Source of the DNA: Actinomycetes bacterium | GTDB taxonomy: Bacteria; Actinomycetota; Actinomycetes; Prado026 | Assembly (NCBI GenBank): GCA_038252405.1 | Contig: JBBSAJ010000008.1 | Location: 26,866-90,865 of the forward strand | Direction: 5' to 3' | DNA: 64,000 nucleotides | Part shown: piece after piece, positions 29,522-41,987 of the stretch | Position numbering within the stretch: position 1 is the stretch's first letter | How the letters are laid out: each line of letters opens with the position of its first letter | Program-made: the position numbers and the translations under genes | Notes under the pieces: generated by a model | The model's database searches: none | What the model was told of the DNA's origin: nothing | Seen by the model: the letters and a program-made list of their open reading frames with translations, nothing else

Positions 29522-29590
29522 CCATGATCGTCGCGAGCGGTCGGACGGCGCCCGGAAACGGCGCGATCCGACCGCGGACGGCGATCAAGG
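29522..29590. repeat. Imperfect intergenic hairpin between ffh and rpsP
   Basis: Stems GATCG/CGATC, GCGGTCGGA/TCCGACCGC and GCGCC/GGCGC. Confidence 0.6.
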
Positions 29591-29599
29591 ATCGGGGGG

Positions 29600-31138
29600 C
29601 TAGCGGGAGGGGGGCAGCAGGTCCTTGAACTCCGACGGCAGCTCGAAGGACTCCAGCGCCGCGGCCTGCTCCGCCTCGGCGCCCTCGGCCCGGCGCAGCA
29701 GGGCGGCCTGCTCGTCCTGGGCCCGCTTGGCCGGGTTGCCGCTGCCCCGCTTGGCCTTCTTGACCGGCTTGCCCTTGGCCGCCTTGCCGCGCCGCGCGCC
29801 GGGCATCCCCGGCATGCCGGGCACCCCTGGGAGGCCGCCGCGACCGAGCTGGCTCATCATCTTGCGGGCCTCGCCGAACCGCTCGACCAGGCTGTTGACA
29901 TCGGACACCTCGCTGCCCGAGCCGCGCGCGATCCGGGACCGGCGCGAGGCGTTGAGGATCTTCGGGTCGGCCCGCTCGGCGGGGGTCATCGACTGGATGA
30001 TCGCGGCCACCCGGTCCATCTCGCGCTCGTCGAGGTTCTCGATCTGCTCGCGCATGTCGCCCATGCCGGGCAGCATCCCGAGCAGCTTCGACAGCGAGCC
30101 CATCTTCTTCACGGCCTGCATCTGGCCGAGGAAGTCCTCCAGGGTGAAGTCCTGGCCGGACGTCAGCTTGGCCGCCATGGCCTCGGCCTGGTCCTTGTCG
30201 AAGGCCTTCTCGGCCTGCTCGATCAAGGTGAGCATGTCGCCCATGCCGAGGATGCGGGAGGCCATCCGCTCGGGGTGGAAGACGTCGAAGTCGTCGAGCT
30301 TCTCGCCGTTCGAGGCGAACATCACCGGGCGGCCGGTGACGTCTCGGATGGACAGCGCCGCACCGCCGCGCGCGTCGCCGTCCAGCTTGGTGAGCACGAC
30401 TCCGTCGAAGCCGACCTCGTCGAGGAACATCTTGGCCGTGGTGACCGAGTCCTGGCCGATCATCGCGTCGACGACGAGCAGCACCTCGTCCGGTGAGACC
30501 GCGGCCCGGATGTCGGCCGCCTGCCGCATCAGCTCCTCGTCGATCGCCAGCCGGCCGGCGGTGTCGACGATGACGACGTCATACAGCTTGGTGCGGGCGT
30601 GCTCGAGCGAGCCGCGGGCCACCGCGACCGGGTCGCCGACGCCGTTGCCGGGCTCGGGCGCGTACACCGGCACGCCGGCCCGCTCGCCCACGACCTGCAG
30701 CTGGGTGACCGCGTTCGGGCGCTGCAGGTCGGCGGCCACCAGCAGCGGGGTGTGCCCCTGGCCGGCGAGCCAGGTCGCCAGCTTGCCCGCAAGCGTGGTC
30801 TTGCCGGCGCCCTGCAGGCCCAGCAGCATGATCACGGTCGGCGGGGTCTTGGCGAAGCGCACCCGCCGGGTCTCGCCGCCGAGGATCCCGACGAGCTCGT
30901 CGTTGACGATCTTGATGACCTGCTGCGCCGGGTTCAGCGCCTGCGAGACCTCCGCACCGAGCGCGCGCTCCTTGATCCGGGCCACGAAGCCTCGGACGAC
31001 GGGCAGCGCGACGTCGGCCTCGAGCAGCGCGATCCGGATCTCGCGGCAGGTCTCGTCGACGTCGTCCTCGGACAGCCGGCCCTTGCCGCGCAGGTTCTTG
31101 AACGTGACGGCCAGGCGGTCCTGCAAGGTGGCGAACAC
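29600..31138 (-). CDS. ffh: Signal recognition particle protein Ffh
   Basis: [24 protein letters not shown] and Met-rich M domain. Confidence 0.97.
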   Translation of the reverse strand: MFATLQDRLAVTFKNLRGKGRLSEDDVDETCREIRIALLEADVALPVVRGFVARIKERALGAEVSQALNPAQQVIKIVNDELVGILGGETRRVRFAKTPPTVIMLLGLQGAGKTTLAGKLATWLAGQGHTPLLVAADLQRPNAVTQLQVVGERAGVPVYAPEPGNGVGDPVAVARGSLEHARTKLYDVVIVDTAGRLAIDEELMRQAADIRAAVSPDEVLLVVDAMIGQDSVTTAKMFLDEVGFDGVVLTKLDGDARGGAALSIRDVTGRPVMFASNGEKLDDFDVFHPERMASRILGMGDMLTLIEQAEKAFDKDQAEAMAAKLTSGQDFTLEDFLGQMQAVKKMGSLSKLLGMLPGMGDMREQIENLDEREMDRVAAIIQSMTPAERADPKILNASRRSRIARGSGSEVSDVNSLVERFGEARKMMSQLGRGGLPGVPGMPGMPGARRGKAAKGKPVKKAKRGSGNPAKRAQDEQAALLRRAEGAEAEQAAALESFELPSEFKDLLPPSR

Positions 31139-31241
31139 GGGCGCGCGGTACCTCGTCGTCGGTGGGAGCGGTCAGGGGAGTCAGTCAGGGGAGTCGGTCA
31201 GAGCAGTCCGGCCTAGGGTAGCCGCCGGTCGGCCCAGCAGG

Positions 31242-33611
31242 TCAGCCCAGCCGGGCGGCCACGGCGGCGGCCACCTGCCCGGCCGCCGCAGCCGACAGCG
31301 GGGCGCCCCGGCCGTCGACGACGTAGAACACGTCCACCGCCTCCGAGCCCAGCGTGCTCACCAGGGCGGACCGAACGTCGACCCCGGCGGCCGCGAGGGA
31401 CGTGCCGATCAGATGCAGCAGCCCCGGCCGGTCGTGCGCCCGCACCTCCAGCACGGTGGCGGTGTCCGACGCGGCGGGGACCGCGGAGACCCGCGCCGGC
31501 GGCACCGGCACGGCGCGCCGGGCCGGGTACGCCTCGGCCCGGCGGGTCAGCTCGGCGGCGACGTCCAGCGACCCGTCGAGCAGCCGCCGCACGCCGTCAC
31601 GCAGCCGGGCCAGCTCCGGCGGCTCGCCGTACTCGGGCAGGCAGGACCACACCTGCACCGCCATGGGGCCCACCGACCGGGTGGACGCCGACCGTACGGT
31701 GAGCCGGTTCAGGCTGAGCACCCCCGCAACCCCGGCCAGCAGGCCGACCCGGTCCGGGGCCACGACGGTGACCTCGAGGCCACCGTCCGGCAGCGGGGCG
31801 GTGAGCACCTCCAGCTGCCCGGCTGCCGCCAGCCGCAGCTGCTCGTCGCTGAGGGACGGCGGCTGCGGCACGGCGTGCCCGTGCAGCGCCGAGTGGGTGC
31901 GCCGCCCCAGCTCCGCGACCAGCCCGGCCTTCCACTCGGTCCAGGCCAGCGGCCCGGTGGCCCCGGCATCCGCCTCGGTGAGCGCGACCAGCAGGTCGAG
32001 CACCTCGGTGGTGCGCACGCAGGCGGCCACGTGCGCGACCGTGGCCGGGTCGTCGAGGTCGCGACGGGTGGCCGTGTCCGGCAGCAGCAGGTGGTGCCGG
32101 ACCAGGGTGACCAGCACCTCGACGTCGGCCGGGCCGAACCCCATCCGGGGCGCCAGGTCGGCGACCACGGCCACCCCCGCCTCGGAGTGGTCGCCCGGCC
32201 AGCCCTTGCCGATGTCGTGGAACAGCGCCGCCACCAGCAGCAGGTCCGGCCGGTCGACCCGTCGGGTAAGCGCGGCGGCCCGCGCCGCCGCCTCGACCAG
32301 GTGCCGGTCGACGGTGAAGCGGTGCACCGGGTTGCGCTGCGGGCGGCTGCGGACCCGGTCCCAGTCCGGCAGCAGCCGGCTGGTCAGCCCGGCCTGGTCC
32401 AACGCCTCCCAGACACCGACCAGGGACGGCCCGGCGCCGAGCAGGGACACGAACGCGTCCAGCGCCACCCGTGGCCACGGCTCGGGCAGCGGCGGGCACT
32501 CAGCGGCCAGTCGGCCCACCGTGTGCGTGGCCAGCGGCAGCCCGGCCTGGGCCGCCGCCGCCGCGGCCCGCAGCACCAGCACCGGGTCCTCGCCCGGCCG
32601 GGCGTCGCGGGCCAGCACGGCCTCGCCGTCCTGCTCGACCACGCCGTCGGCCAGCGGCGCCCGCTCCCCGACCCGGTGGGTGCCGAACCGGGCGAACCGG
32701 TTGCCACGGCCGGCCAGGGCCCGCTCGACCCGGTGGGCCGTCACGTCGAGGGCGTAGGCGATGGTGCGGCCGGCCGCCGCGACCTCGCGCAGCAGCAGGT
32801 CGCCGTCCAGCAGGCCCAGGGCGCGCGCCACGGCGTCCTGCTCCTGCAGCACCAGCTTGTCCGAGGGCCGCCCGGTGGTGCGGTGCAGCGCGTCCCGCGC
32901 GTCCAGCAGCGTGCGCCGCGCGTCCGCCAGTCCCTCGTGCGGGGTGTCGGCCACCCAGGACGCCGCGACGGCCCGCAGCGCGATGAGGTCCCGCAGCCCG
33001 CCATGGGAGTCCTTGAGGTCCGGCTCGAGGGAGAACGCGACGTCGCCGGAGCGCTCGGCCCGCTCCCGTGCCCCGGCCAGCAGGTCCGGCAGCCGACGGG
33101 CCGCGAACGCCCGCCAGTCGGCCAGCACGGCCTGCCGCAGTCCGGTGGTCAGCTCGGCGTCCCCGGCCAGGTGGCGCAGGTCGAGCATGCCGAGCACCGC
33201 CCGCAGGTCCTCGCTGGCCACCCGGCGGGCCTCGGGCAGCGTGCGCACGGCGTGGTCCAGTCGCACCCCCGAGTCCCAGATCGGGTACCAGATCCGGTCC
33301 GCGACCTCGGCCGCCGCCTGCGCCGGGACCTCGGTGGAACGCAGCAGGACGACGTCCAGGTCGCTGCCCGGCGCCAGCTCCGCCCGGCCGTAGCCGCCGA
33401 CCGCGACGAGCGCCGTGCCGGGTGGCGGCTCGGCCGCCGCGTACAGCCCGGCCAGCCAGCGGTCGGTCAGCTCGGCCAGGTCGTGCCGGTGGCCCGGCCC
33501 GGGACTCCCGGGCCGGGCCACCAGGTCGGCGCGTGCGTGAACGTACGCCGCCGGGTCGGACGGGTCGGCCCCCCTCGCCGCCCCGACCTCTCCCCCGGTC
33601 TCGATCGCCAT
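31242..33611 (-). CDS. glnD: [protein-PII] uridylyl/adenylyltransferase
   Basis: AVGGYGRAELAPGSDLD, HD domain (HRFTVDRH, FHDIGK) and ACT domains. Confidence 0.95.
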   Translation of the reverse strand: MAIETGGEVGAARGADPSDPAAYVHARADLVARPGSPGPGHRHDLAELTDRWLAGLYAAAEPPPGTALVAVGGYGRAELAPGSDLDVVLLRSTEVPAQAAAEVADRIWYPIWDSGVRLDHAVRTLPEARRVASEDLRAVLGMLDLRHLAGDAELTTGLRQAVLADWRAFAARRLPDLLAGARERAERSGDVAFSLEPDLKDSHGGLRDLIALRAVAASWVADTPHEGLADARRTLLDARDALHRTTGRPSDKLVLQEQDAVARALGLLDGDLLLREVAAAGRTIAYALDVTAHRVERALAGRGNRFARFGTHRVGERAPLADGVVEQDGEAVLARDARPGEDPVLVLRAAAAAAQAGLPLATHTVGRLAAECPPLPEPWPRVALDAFVSLLGAGPSLVGVWEALDQAGLTSRLLPDWDRVRSRPQRNPVHRFTVDRHLVEAAARAAALTRRVDRPDLLLVAALFHDIGKGWPGDHSEAGVAVVADLAPRMGFGPADVEVLVTLVRHHLLLPDTATRRDLDDPATVAHVAACVRTTEVLDLLVALTEADAGATGPLAWTEWKAGLVAELGRRTHSALHGHAVPQPPSLSDEQLRLAAAGQLEVLTAPLPDGGLEVTVVAPDRVGLLAGVAGVLSLNRLTVRSASTRSVGPMAVQVWSCLPEYGEPPELARLRDGVRRLLDGSLDVAAELTRRAEAYPARRAVPVPPARVSAVPAASDTATVLEVRAHDRPGLLHLIGTSLAAAGVDVRSALVSTLGSEAVDVFYVVDGRGAPLSAAAAGQVAAAVAARLG

Positions 33612-33616
33612 GGACG

Positions 33617-35364
<1,748 letters not shown>

Positions 35365-35431
35365 TCTCCCCTCGCCGACCCGGGCTGGTCCCGTGGCCGG
35401 AATCCGACGAGGGGAACTCTCAAAGACGCAG

Positions 35432-35469
35432 GTTTCCCGGCCGTGCGGCCGGTGTTTCGCCCCGGTGAC
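35432..35469 (-). promoter_or_regulatory. GlnR box (a-b-a-b) upstream of amtB
   Basis: Minus strand GTCAC-n6-GAAAC-n6-CGCAC-n6-GAAAC, matching the actinomycete GlnR consensus spacing. Confidence 0.8.
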
Positions 35470-35523
35470 GCTTCGACCGCCCGTGTAACGGGTGTGTTGC
35501 GCGGCGCCGGGCCGCCGTTCGGG

Positions 35524-36699
35524 TCAGTCGCCGAGCAGCGCGTCGACGAAGGCCGCCGGGTCGAACGGCGCCAGGTCGTCCGGTCCCTCCCCGAGGCCGA
35601 CCAGCTTGACCGGGACGCCGAGCTCGCGCTGCACCGAGACGACGATGCCGCCCTTCGCGGTGCCGTCCAGCTTCGTCAGAGCGATGCCGGTGACGTCGAC
35701 GACCTCGGCGAACACCCGGGCCTGGGTCAGCCCGTTCTGGCCGGTGGTGGCGTCGAGCACGAGGAGCACCTCGTCGACCGTGCTCAGCTTCTCGATGACC
35801 CGCTTGACCTTGCCGAGCTCGTCCATCAGCCCGACCTTGGTGTGCAGCCGGCCCGCGGTGTCCACCACCACCGTGTCCACGCCGGCCTCGTGGCCCTTCT
35901 TCACAGCCTCGAACGCGACGGACGCCGGGTCGCCACCCTCCGGACCGCGGACGACGAGCGCGCCGACCCGCTCCCCCCAGGTCTGCAGCTGGTCGGCCGC
36001 CGCGGCGCGGAAGGTGTCCGCGGCGGCCAGCAGCACGGTGCGCCCGTCCGCGACGAGCACCCGGGCCAGCTTGCCGGTGGTGGTGGTCTTACCGGTGCCG
36101 TTGACGCCGACCACGAGGACGACGGCGGGCGTGCCGTCGAGGTGGACCTCGGTGTGCAGGGTGCGGTCCATGGCCGGGTCGACGAGGTCCAGCAGCTCCT
36201 GCCTCAGCATCTCCTTCACGGCGGCCGGGTCCTTCACGCCGTCCACCCGGGCGCGGGTGCGCAGCCGGTCGACGAGCTGGGCGGTCGGGGCCACCCCGAG
36301 GTCGGAGGTGAGCAGCGTCTCCTCGACCTCGTCCCAGGTGGCGTCGTCGACCTTGTCCCGGGCCAGCAGCGCGAGCAGGCCGACGCCGAGGGTGGACTGG
36401 GAGCGGGCCAGCCGCCCGCGCAGCCGGGTCAGCCGGCCGGCGGTGGGGGCGGGGGCCTCGACGCCGGGGACCTCGAGCGCCGGCATCGCGGTCGAGACGT
36501 CGTCCGGCAGGACCACCTGGTCGATCACGCGGGTGGCGGTGTCCCTCGGGACCTCCGCGTCGTCGCCGACCCCGGGGGCGTAGTCCCGGCCGGGGACCGG
36601 CGGCTCGGGCCTCGCGCCGCGCCGGCGGGTGGTGACCAGCCCGACCGCCGCCACCACGATGACAGCCACCAACAACACGATCAGCACGATGGGGTCCAC
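35524..36699 (-). CDS. ftsY: SRP receptor FtsY
   Basis: GVNGTGKTTT, DTAGRL and TKLDGTAKGG. Confidence 0.96.
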   Translation of the reverse strand: MDPIVLIVLLVAVIVVAAVGLVTTRRRGARPEPPVPGRDYAPGVGDDAEVPRDTATRVIDQVVLPDDVSTAMPALEVPGVEAPAPTAGRLTRLRGRLARSQSTLGVGLLALLARDKVDDATWDEVEETLLTSDLGVAPTAQLVDRLRTRARVDGVKDPAAVKEMLRQELLDLVDPAMDRTLHTEVHLDGTPAVVLVVGVNGTGKTTTTGKLARVLVADGRTVLLAAADTFRAAAADQLQTWGERVGALVVRGPEGGDPASVAFEAVKKGHEAGVDTVVVDTAGRLHTKVGLMDELGKVKRVIEKLSTVDEVLLVLDATTGQNGLTQARVFAEVVDVTGIALTKLDGTAKGGIVVSVQRELGVPVKLVGLGEGPDDLAPFDPAAFVDALLGD

Positions 36700-36726
36700 G
36701 GCGCCGAGTCTCCCACCCCCGGGGGG

Positions 36727-39700
36727 TCAGGCCGGTTCGACCTCTCGCAGGCGCTGGCTGATCACGGTGGTCACACCGTCCCCGCGCATGGAGACGCCGT
36801 ACAGCGCGTCGGCGATCTCCATGGTGCGCTTCTGGTGGGTGATGACGATCAGCTGGCTGGCCGCGCGCAGCTCGTCCAGGATGGTCAGCAGCCGGCCCAG
36901 GTTGGTGTCGTCGAGGGCGGCCTCCACCTCGTCCATCACGTAGAAAGGGCTGGGCCGGGCCCTGAAGATGGCCACGAGCAGCGCCACCGCCACCAGGGAC
37001 CGCTCACCGCCGGACAGCAGCGACAGCCGCTTGACCTTCTTGCCCGGCGGGCGGGCCTCCACCTCGATGCCGGTGGCGAGCATGTCGGAGGGGTCGGTGA
37101 GCACCAGCCGGCCCTCACCGCCCGGGAACAGCCGGGCGAACACGCCCTCGAACTCCCGTGCGGTGTCGTGGTAGGCCGCGGTGAACACCTGCTCGACCCG
37201 CTCGTCGACCTCCCGGACGATGTCCAGCAGGTCACGGCGGGTCTTCTTGAGGTCCTCCAGCTGCTCGGTGAGGAACTGCAGGCGCTCCTGCAGCGCGTCG
37301 AACTCCTCCAGCGCCAGCGGGTTGACCTTGCCGAGCAGCGCCAGCGCACGCTCGGCGGCCCGCAGCCGCTTCTCCTGCTCGGCGCGCACGTACGGGACGG
37401 ACGGCGCCGGCTCGGACGGCGCCGGCTCGGACGGCGCCGGCTCGGACGCCTCGCCCTCGGGCTCGACAGCCGGGACCGGCTGGTCCGGGCCGTACTCAGC
37501 GATCAGCGTGTCCGGGTCGACGCCGAGCTCCTCGACTGCCCGCTGCTCGAGCTGCTCGATCCGCAGCCGCTGCTCGGTGCGGGCGACCTCGTCGCGGTGC
37601 ACCGAGTCGGTCAGCTGGTCGAGCACGGCCCCGAGCTCACGGAACCGGGTCCGGATCTCGCCCAGCTCGGCGTCCCTCTCGGCCCGCGCCCGCTCGGCGA
37701 CGTCCCGCTCTCCGGCGCCCGCACGCAGCGACACCTCGATCCGGCCCAGCGCCACCGAGGCGCCCCTGGCCACGGCGGCCGCGACGGCCGCCTCGCGGGC
37801 CCGCCGAGCCCGCCGGGCCGCGGCGCGCTGCCGGGCCTCCCGCTCGGCTCCGGCGGCCCGCTCGAGCTGCTCCACCCGTCCGGCCAGGGCCCGCTGCCGC
37901 TCCTCGCCCGTGCGCAGAGCCAACCGGGTCTCCACCTCGGCCTGCCGCGCGGCCGTGGCCGCGGCGCTCAGCTCCTCACGGTGGTCCTCCACCGGCGGCT
38001 GCTCGGTCGGCTCGGCGCTCGCGGTGGTCAGCCGGCGGGCCAGCTCCTCCAGCGCCTGCCGGTCGACCGCCGCCGCCTCGTTGGCCTTCGCCAACGACGT
38101 GGCCAGCCGGTCCGCCTCCGCCGAGGCAGCCCGCGCCACCGAGCCCAGCTGGCCCAGCTGCTCGGCCACGGCGGCCATCCGCGCGTCGGACTCGTGCAGC
38201 CGGCTCAGCGCGGCGTCCACCCGCTCGGCCGCCTGGCCCCGCTCCTGCCCGGCGCGGGTGAGGTCGAAGCGCAGCCGCTCGGCGCGGTGCGCGGCCTCGG
38301 TCAGCCGGTGCGTCGCGTCGTCGACCGCCGCCTGAACCTCGAGCAGGGACGGCGCGGTCGCCGACCCCCCGTAGGCGTAGCCGGCGCCCAGCACGTCCCC
38401 GTCGCGGGTGACGGCCGCCACCGTCGGTTCGGCTGCCACCAGCGCGCGGGCCTCCGCCAGTCCCTCGACCACGGCGGTCCGGCGCAGCAGCCGGGTCAGC
38501 GACGGACGCAGCGCCGACGGCGCCTGCACCAGGTCCATCGCGTAGCGGGCCCCGCCCGGCAGCGCCGGCCACGGCGCCTCGGACCCGTCCTCCGCGGCGC
38601 TGCCCACAAGCAGGCCGGCCTGCCCCGCGTCGTCGTCCTTGAGCAGCCGCAGCGCGTCCACGGCGGTGCCCACGCCCTCCACCGCCACGGCGTCCGCGGC
38701 CCGGCCCAGCGCGGCGGCCAGCGCGGTCTCGTACCCCGGCTCGACGCTGACCAGCGCGGCCACCGTGCCCAGCACCCCGGACAGCCGGTCACCGGCCGCC
38801 AGCAGCGTGCTCGACCCGTCCTTGCGGGCCAGCCCCAGCTCCAGGGTCTCCTTCCGGGCCACCAGCGCGGCCCGCTCCCGCTCGGCCGACCGCTCCTCCT
38901 CGCGCAGCTCGGCGACTCGGGCGTCGGCCTCGGCCAGCACCGCGGAGGCCCGCTCGTGCTCGGTGTCGAGGTCGACCTCACCCTCGTCGAAGCCGGCGAT
39001 CTGGCTCTCCAGGGCGGTGAACTCCTGCTGGGCACGCTCGGCCCGCGTGCGCGCCTCGGCCAGCGCCTCGCTGAGCCGGCCGATCTCCGTCTCCCGGGTC
39101 TCCAGCCGGCTGCGGGCGGCACCCACCTGGCCGGTCAGCCGGGCCAGCCCCTCTCGTCGGTCCGCCTCGGCCCGCTCAACGGTGGCGATCCGCCGCTGCT
39201 CCGCGGTGAGCGCCTCCTCGGCCGCCGTGCGGGCGGCCGAGGCCGCGGCCAGCCGGACCCGGGCCTGCTCGACCTGCTCGCCCAGCGCGGCCTCCTCCAC
39301 CCGGACCGCGCGGGCCTCGGCCTCGAGCTCCTCCGGGTCGCGGCCGGGCCGGTCGTCGACGGTCTCCTCAGCGGACAGCCGCATCCGCTCGGACGCCAGG
39401 GACGCGGTGCCGCGCAGCCGCTCCCGCAGCCCGGACAGCCGGTACCAGGTCTCCTGGGCCGCGGCCAGCACCGGCGCCTCGACGGCCGAGCGCTGCTCCA
39501 GGTCGATCTCACGGGCCTGCACCTGAGCCAGCTCGGCCTCCACCGACGCACGCCGCTCGCGCAGCGCGGTCTCGTCAGCGACCTCCTGCTGCAGCGTCGT
39601 CCGCAGGTGCAGCAGGTCGTCGGCGAGCAGCCGCATCCGGGCGTCGCGCAGGTCGGCCTGCACCAGGTGGGCGCGCTTGGCCACCTCGGCCTGCCTGCCC

Positions 39701-40314
39701 AGCGGCTTGAGCTGGCGGCGCAGCTCGCCGGTCAGGTCCTGGACCCGGGTGAGGTTGGCCTGCATCGCGTCCAGCTTCCGCAGCGCCTTCTCCTTGCGCT
39801 TGCGGTGCTTGAGGACGCCGGCCGCCTCCTCGATGAAGCCGCGGCGCTCCTCGGGGGTCGCCGAGAGCACCTGGTCCAGCTGGCCCTGGCCGACGATCAC
39901 GTGCATCTCGCGGCCGATGCCGGAGTCGGACAGCAGCTCCTGGACGTCGAGCAGCCGGCACGACTCGCCGTTGATCGCGTACTCGGATCCGCCGTTGCGG
40001 AACATGATCCGCGAGATCGACACCTCGGCGAACTCGATCGGCAGCGCGCCGTCGGTGTTGTCGATGGTGACGACGACCTCGGCCCGGCCCAGCGGCGGGC
40101 GGCCGGCCGTGCCGGCGAAGATGACGTCCTCCATCTTGCCGCCGCGCAGCGACTTGGCGCCCTGCTCGCCCATGACCCAGGCGAGGGCGTCGACGACGTT
40201 GGACTTGCCGGAGCCGTTCGGCCCGACCACGCAGGTGATCCCCGGCTCGAAGCGCAGGGTGGTGGACGACGCGAAGGACTTGAAGCCGCGCAGGGTGAGG
40301 CTCTTCAGGTGCAC
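36727..40314 (-). CDS. smc: Chromosome segregation protein SMC
   Basis: GPNGSGKSN, coiled coils with hinge, LSGGE and MDEVEAALD. Confidence 0.97.
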   Translation of the reverse strand: MHLKSLTLRGFKSFASSTTLRFEPGITCVVGPNGSGKSNVVDALAWVMGEQGAKSLRGGKMEDVIFAGTAGRPPLGRAEVVVTIDNTDGALPIEFAEVSISRIMFRNGGSEYAINGESCRLLDVQELLSDSGIGREMHVIVGQGQLDQVLSATPEERRGFIEEAAGVLKHRKRKEKALRKLDAMQANLTRVQDLTGELRRQLKPLGRQAEVAKRAHLVQADLRDARMRLLADDLLHLRTTLQQEVADETALRERRASVEAELAQVQAREIDLEQRSAVEAPVLAAAQETWYRLSGLRERLRGTASLASERMRLSAEETVDDRPGRDPEELEAEARAVRVEEAALGEQVEQARVRLAAASAARTAAEEALTAEQRRIATVERAEADRREGLARLTGQVGAARSRLETRETEIGRLSEALAEARTRAERAQQEFTALESQIAGFDEGEVDLDTEHERASAVLAEADARVAELREEERSAERERAALVARKETLELGLARKDGSSTLLAAGDRLSGVLGTVAALVSVEPGYETALAAALGRAADAVAVEGVGTAVDALRLLKDDDAGQAGLLVGSAAEDGSEAPWPALPGGARYAMDLVQAPSALRPSLTRLLRRTAVVEGLAEARALVAAEPTVAAVTRDGDVLGAGYAYGGSATAPSLLEVQAAVDDATHRLTEAAHRAERLRFDLTRAGQERGQAAERVDAALSRLHESDARMAAVAEQLGQLGSVARAASAEADRLATSLAKANEAAAVDRQALEELARRLTTASAEPTEQPPVEDHREELSAAATAARQAEVETRLALRTGEERQRALAGRVEQLERAAGAEREARQRAAARRARRAREAAVAAAVARGASVALGRIEVSLRAGAGERDVAERARAERDAELGEIRTRFRELGAVLDQLTDSVHRDEVARTEQRLRIEQLEQRAVEELGVDPDTLIAEYGPDQPVPAVEPEGEASEPAPSEPAPSEPAPSVPYVRAEQEKRLRAAERALALLGKVNPLALEEFDALQERLQFLTEQLEDLKKTRRDLLDIVREVDERVEQVFTAAYHDTAREFEGVFARLFPGGEGRLVLTDPSDMLATGIEVEARPPGKKVKRLSLLSGGERSLVAVALLVAIFRARPSPFYVMDEVEAALDDTNLGRLLTILDELRAASQLIVITHQKRTMEIADALYGVSMRGDGVTTVISQRLREVEPA

Positions 40315-40457
40315 GAGGAGGGCGCTCCTGGGCCGGGGCGGTGCCTGCCGGCAGCCACCATCGGACGAGAGGACGAGTTCACAGCGCGGGGAAGCGCCCT
40401 CACCCTACCCCGCCGCGCGGAGCCGACCGGTCCGGTGGGGCCGGGCGGGGCGAACCG

Positions 40458-40661
40458 TCAGGTGAGTGCGGGCTCCCGGTCGGGGACGGCGAGGAAGCGC
40501 TCCTGCGCGTCGTCCGCCACCAGCGAGGTGAGCGCGTCGTTCGCGGTCTTCAGCCGGTCGACCTCGCTCTCGAGGTCGTCCACCCGGCGGCGGAGCCGGG
40601 CGAGCTCGGCGACGACCATGGGGTCGGGTCCGCCGAGATGGCCGAGCAGGGCCTTCGCCAT
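40458..40661 (-). CDS. Small coiled-coil hypothetical protein upstream of smc
   Basis: MAKALLGHLGG...; GAAGGA RBS; usual actinomycete position. Confidence 0.7.
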   Translation of the reverse strand: MAKALLGHLGGPDPMVVAELARLRRRVDDLESEVDRLKTANDALTSLVADDAQERFLAVPDREPALT

Positions 40662-40816
40662 CGAGGGTCCTTCACGGTCGGGTGCCCGTGGGCACCAGGT
40701 CAGTGGTAGCGCAAGAGCCAGGCGTGCAGGACGCCGGTGCGGTGTTCTTAGGGTCGCACTGAGATCACGAAACGGTCAACCTCGGCGGTCGTCGCTCAGC
40801 CGTCCGGGTGACAGCG

Positions 40817-41107
40817 TCAACGCTCGACGAAGCCGGTCAGGTCGCCGCGAGCCCCCGACCACTGCTGCACGACCCCGCGGACCCGCCCGGGGGTGCCGGG
40901 CCCCTCCAGCAGCGCGACGAGCGCCCGGCAGGCCGGCTCCGGCCCCTCGGCGACGACCTCCACCCGGCCGTCGTCCAGGTTGGTGGCCCGTCCGACCAGG
41001 CCCAGCTCGAGCGCCCGGGCGCGGGTCCACCAGCGAAAGCCCACGCCCTGCACGGTCCCCCGAGCCCAGACGGTCACCCGCACCGGCGGCACCGGCGACT
41101 CGGTCAC
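40817..41107 (-). CDS. acyP: Acylphosphatase
   Basis: GTVQGVGFRWW and NLDDGRVEV. Confidence 0.92.
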   Translation of the reverse strand: MTESPVPPVRVTVWARGTVQGVGFRWWTRARALELGLVGRATNLDDGRVEVVAEGPEPACRALVALLEGPGTPGRVRGVVQQWSGARGDLTGFVER

Positions 41108-41113
41108 CGCCGG

Positions 41114-41980
41114 CTACCAGTGCGCCCGGCGCGGCCGGGGCTGGCAGCGCGGGCAGCGGTAGGACGAGCGGTTCATGAACGGGTCCCGCCGGATCGGCGT
41201 GCCGCAGCGCGAGCAGGGCAGCTCGCGGCGGCCGTAGACCTCGAGCGAGCGCTCGAAGTAGCCGGACTCGCCGTTGACGTTGACGTACAGCGAGTCGAAC
41301 GACGTGCCGCCCTGCTCCAGCGCCGCGCCCATGACCCCGCGGACGGCGGCCAGCAGCCGGGTCACCTCGGCGCGGGTCAGCGTCTCGGTCGGCCGGGCGT
41401 AGTGCAGCCCGACCTGCCACAGCGCCTCGTCGGCGTAGATGTTGCCGATCCCCGAGACCAGGCTCTGGTCGAGCAGCGCCCGCTTGACCCCGGTGTGCCG
41501 CCGACGCAGCGCAGCGGCGAACGCGGCGTCGTCGAAGTTCGCGTCGAGCGGGTCACGGGCGATGTGCGCCACCGGCACCGGGACGCCGTCCTCGGACCCG
41601 CCGGCCATCGGCTGCACGGACAGCCCGCCGAAGGTGCGCTGGTCCACGAAGCGCAGCTCGCGGCCGCCGTCGGCGAACCGCAGCCGGACCCGCAGGTGGG
41701 TCTCGTCGGGGGCGTCGGGGGGCTGCACGAGCAGCTGGCCGGACATGCCCAGGTGGGCCAGCAGGGCCTCGCCGTCGTCGGTGGGCAGCCACAGGTACTT
41801 GCCCCGCCGACGGGCCGCCTGCAGGGTGCGTCCTTCGAGGCCGGCCGACAACCCGGCTGCGCCGCCCGGCTGCCGGCGTACCGCTCGCAGGTGCCGCACC
41901 TCGACGTCGGCCACGGTGCGTCCGGCCACCCAGCGCTCCAGGCCGCGGCGCACCACCTCGACCTCTGGCAGCTCCGGCAC
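41114..41980 (-). CDS. mutM: Formamidopyrimidine-DNA glycosylase
   Basis: [23 protein letters not shown] and C-terminal zinc finger. Confidence 0.96.
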   Translation of the reverse strand: MPELPEVEVVRRGLERWVAGRTVADVEVRHLRAVRRQPGGAAGLSAGLEGRTLQAARRRGKYLWLPTDDGEALLAHLGMSGQLLVQPPDAPDETHLRVRLRFADGGRELRFVDQRTFGGLSVQPMAGGSEDGVPVPVAHIARDPLDANFDDAAFAAALRRRHTGVKRALLDQSLVSGIGNIYADEALWQVGLHYARPTETLTRAEVTRLLAAVRGVMGAALEQGGTSFDSLYVNVNGESGYFERSLEVYGRRELPCSRCGTPIRRDPFMNRSSYRCPRCQPRPRRAHW

Positions 41981-41987
41981 GGGACGT

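Noticed and set aside
29522-29590. SRP RNA next to ffh
   Set aside because: Lacks the conserved helix-8 CAGG...GGAA...GCAG motif.
31164-31203. Three imperfect 13-bp tandem units between glnD and ffh
   Set aside because: Short, degenerate and not seen elsewhere in the window; no supportable function.
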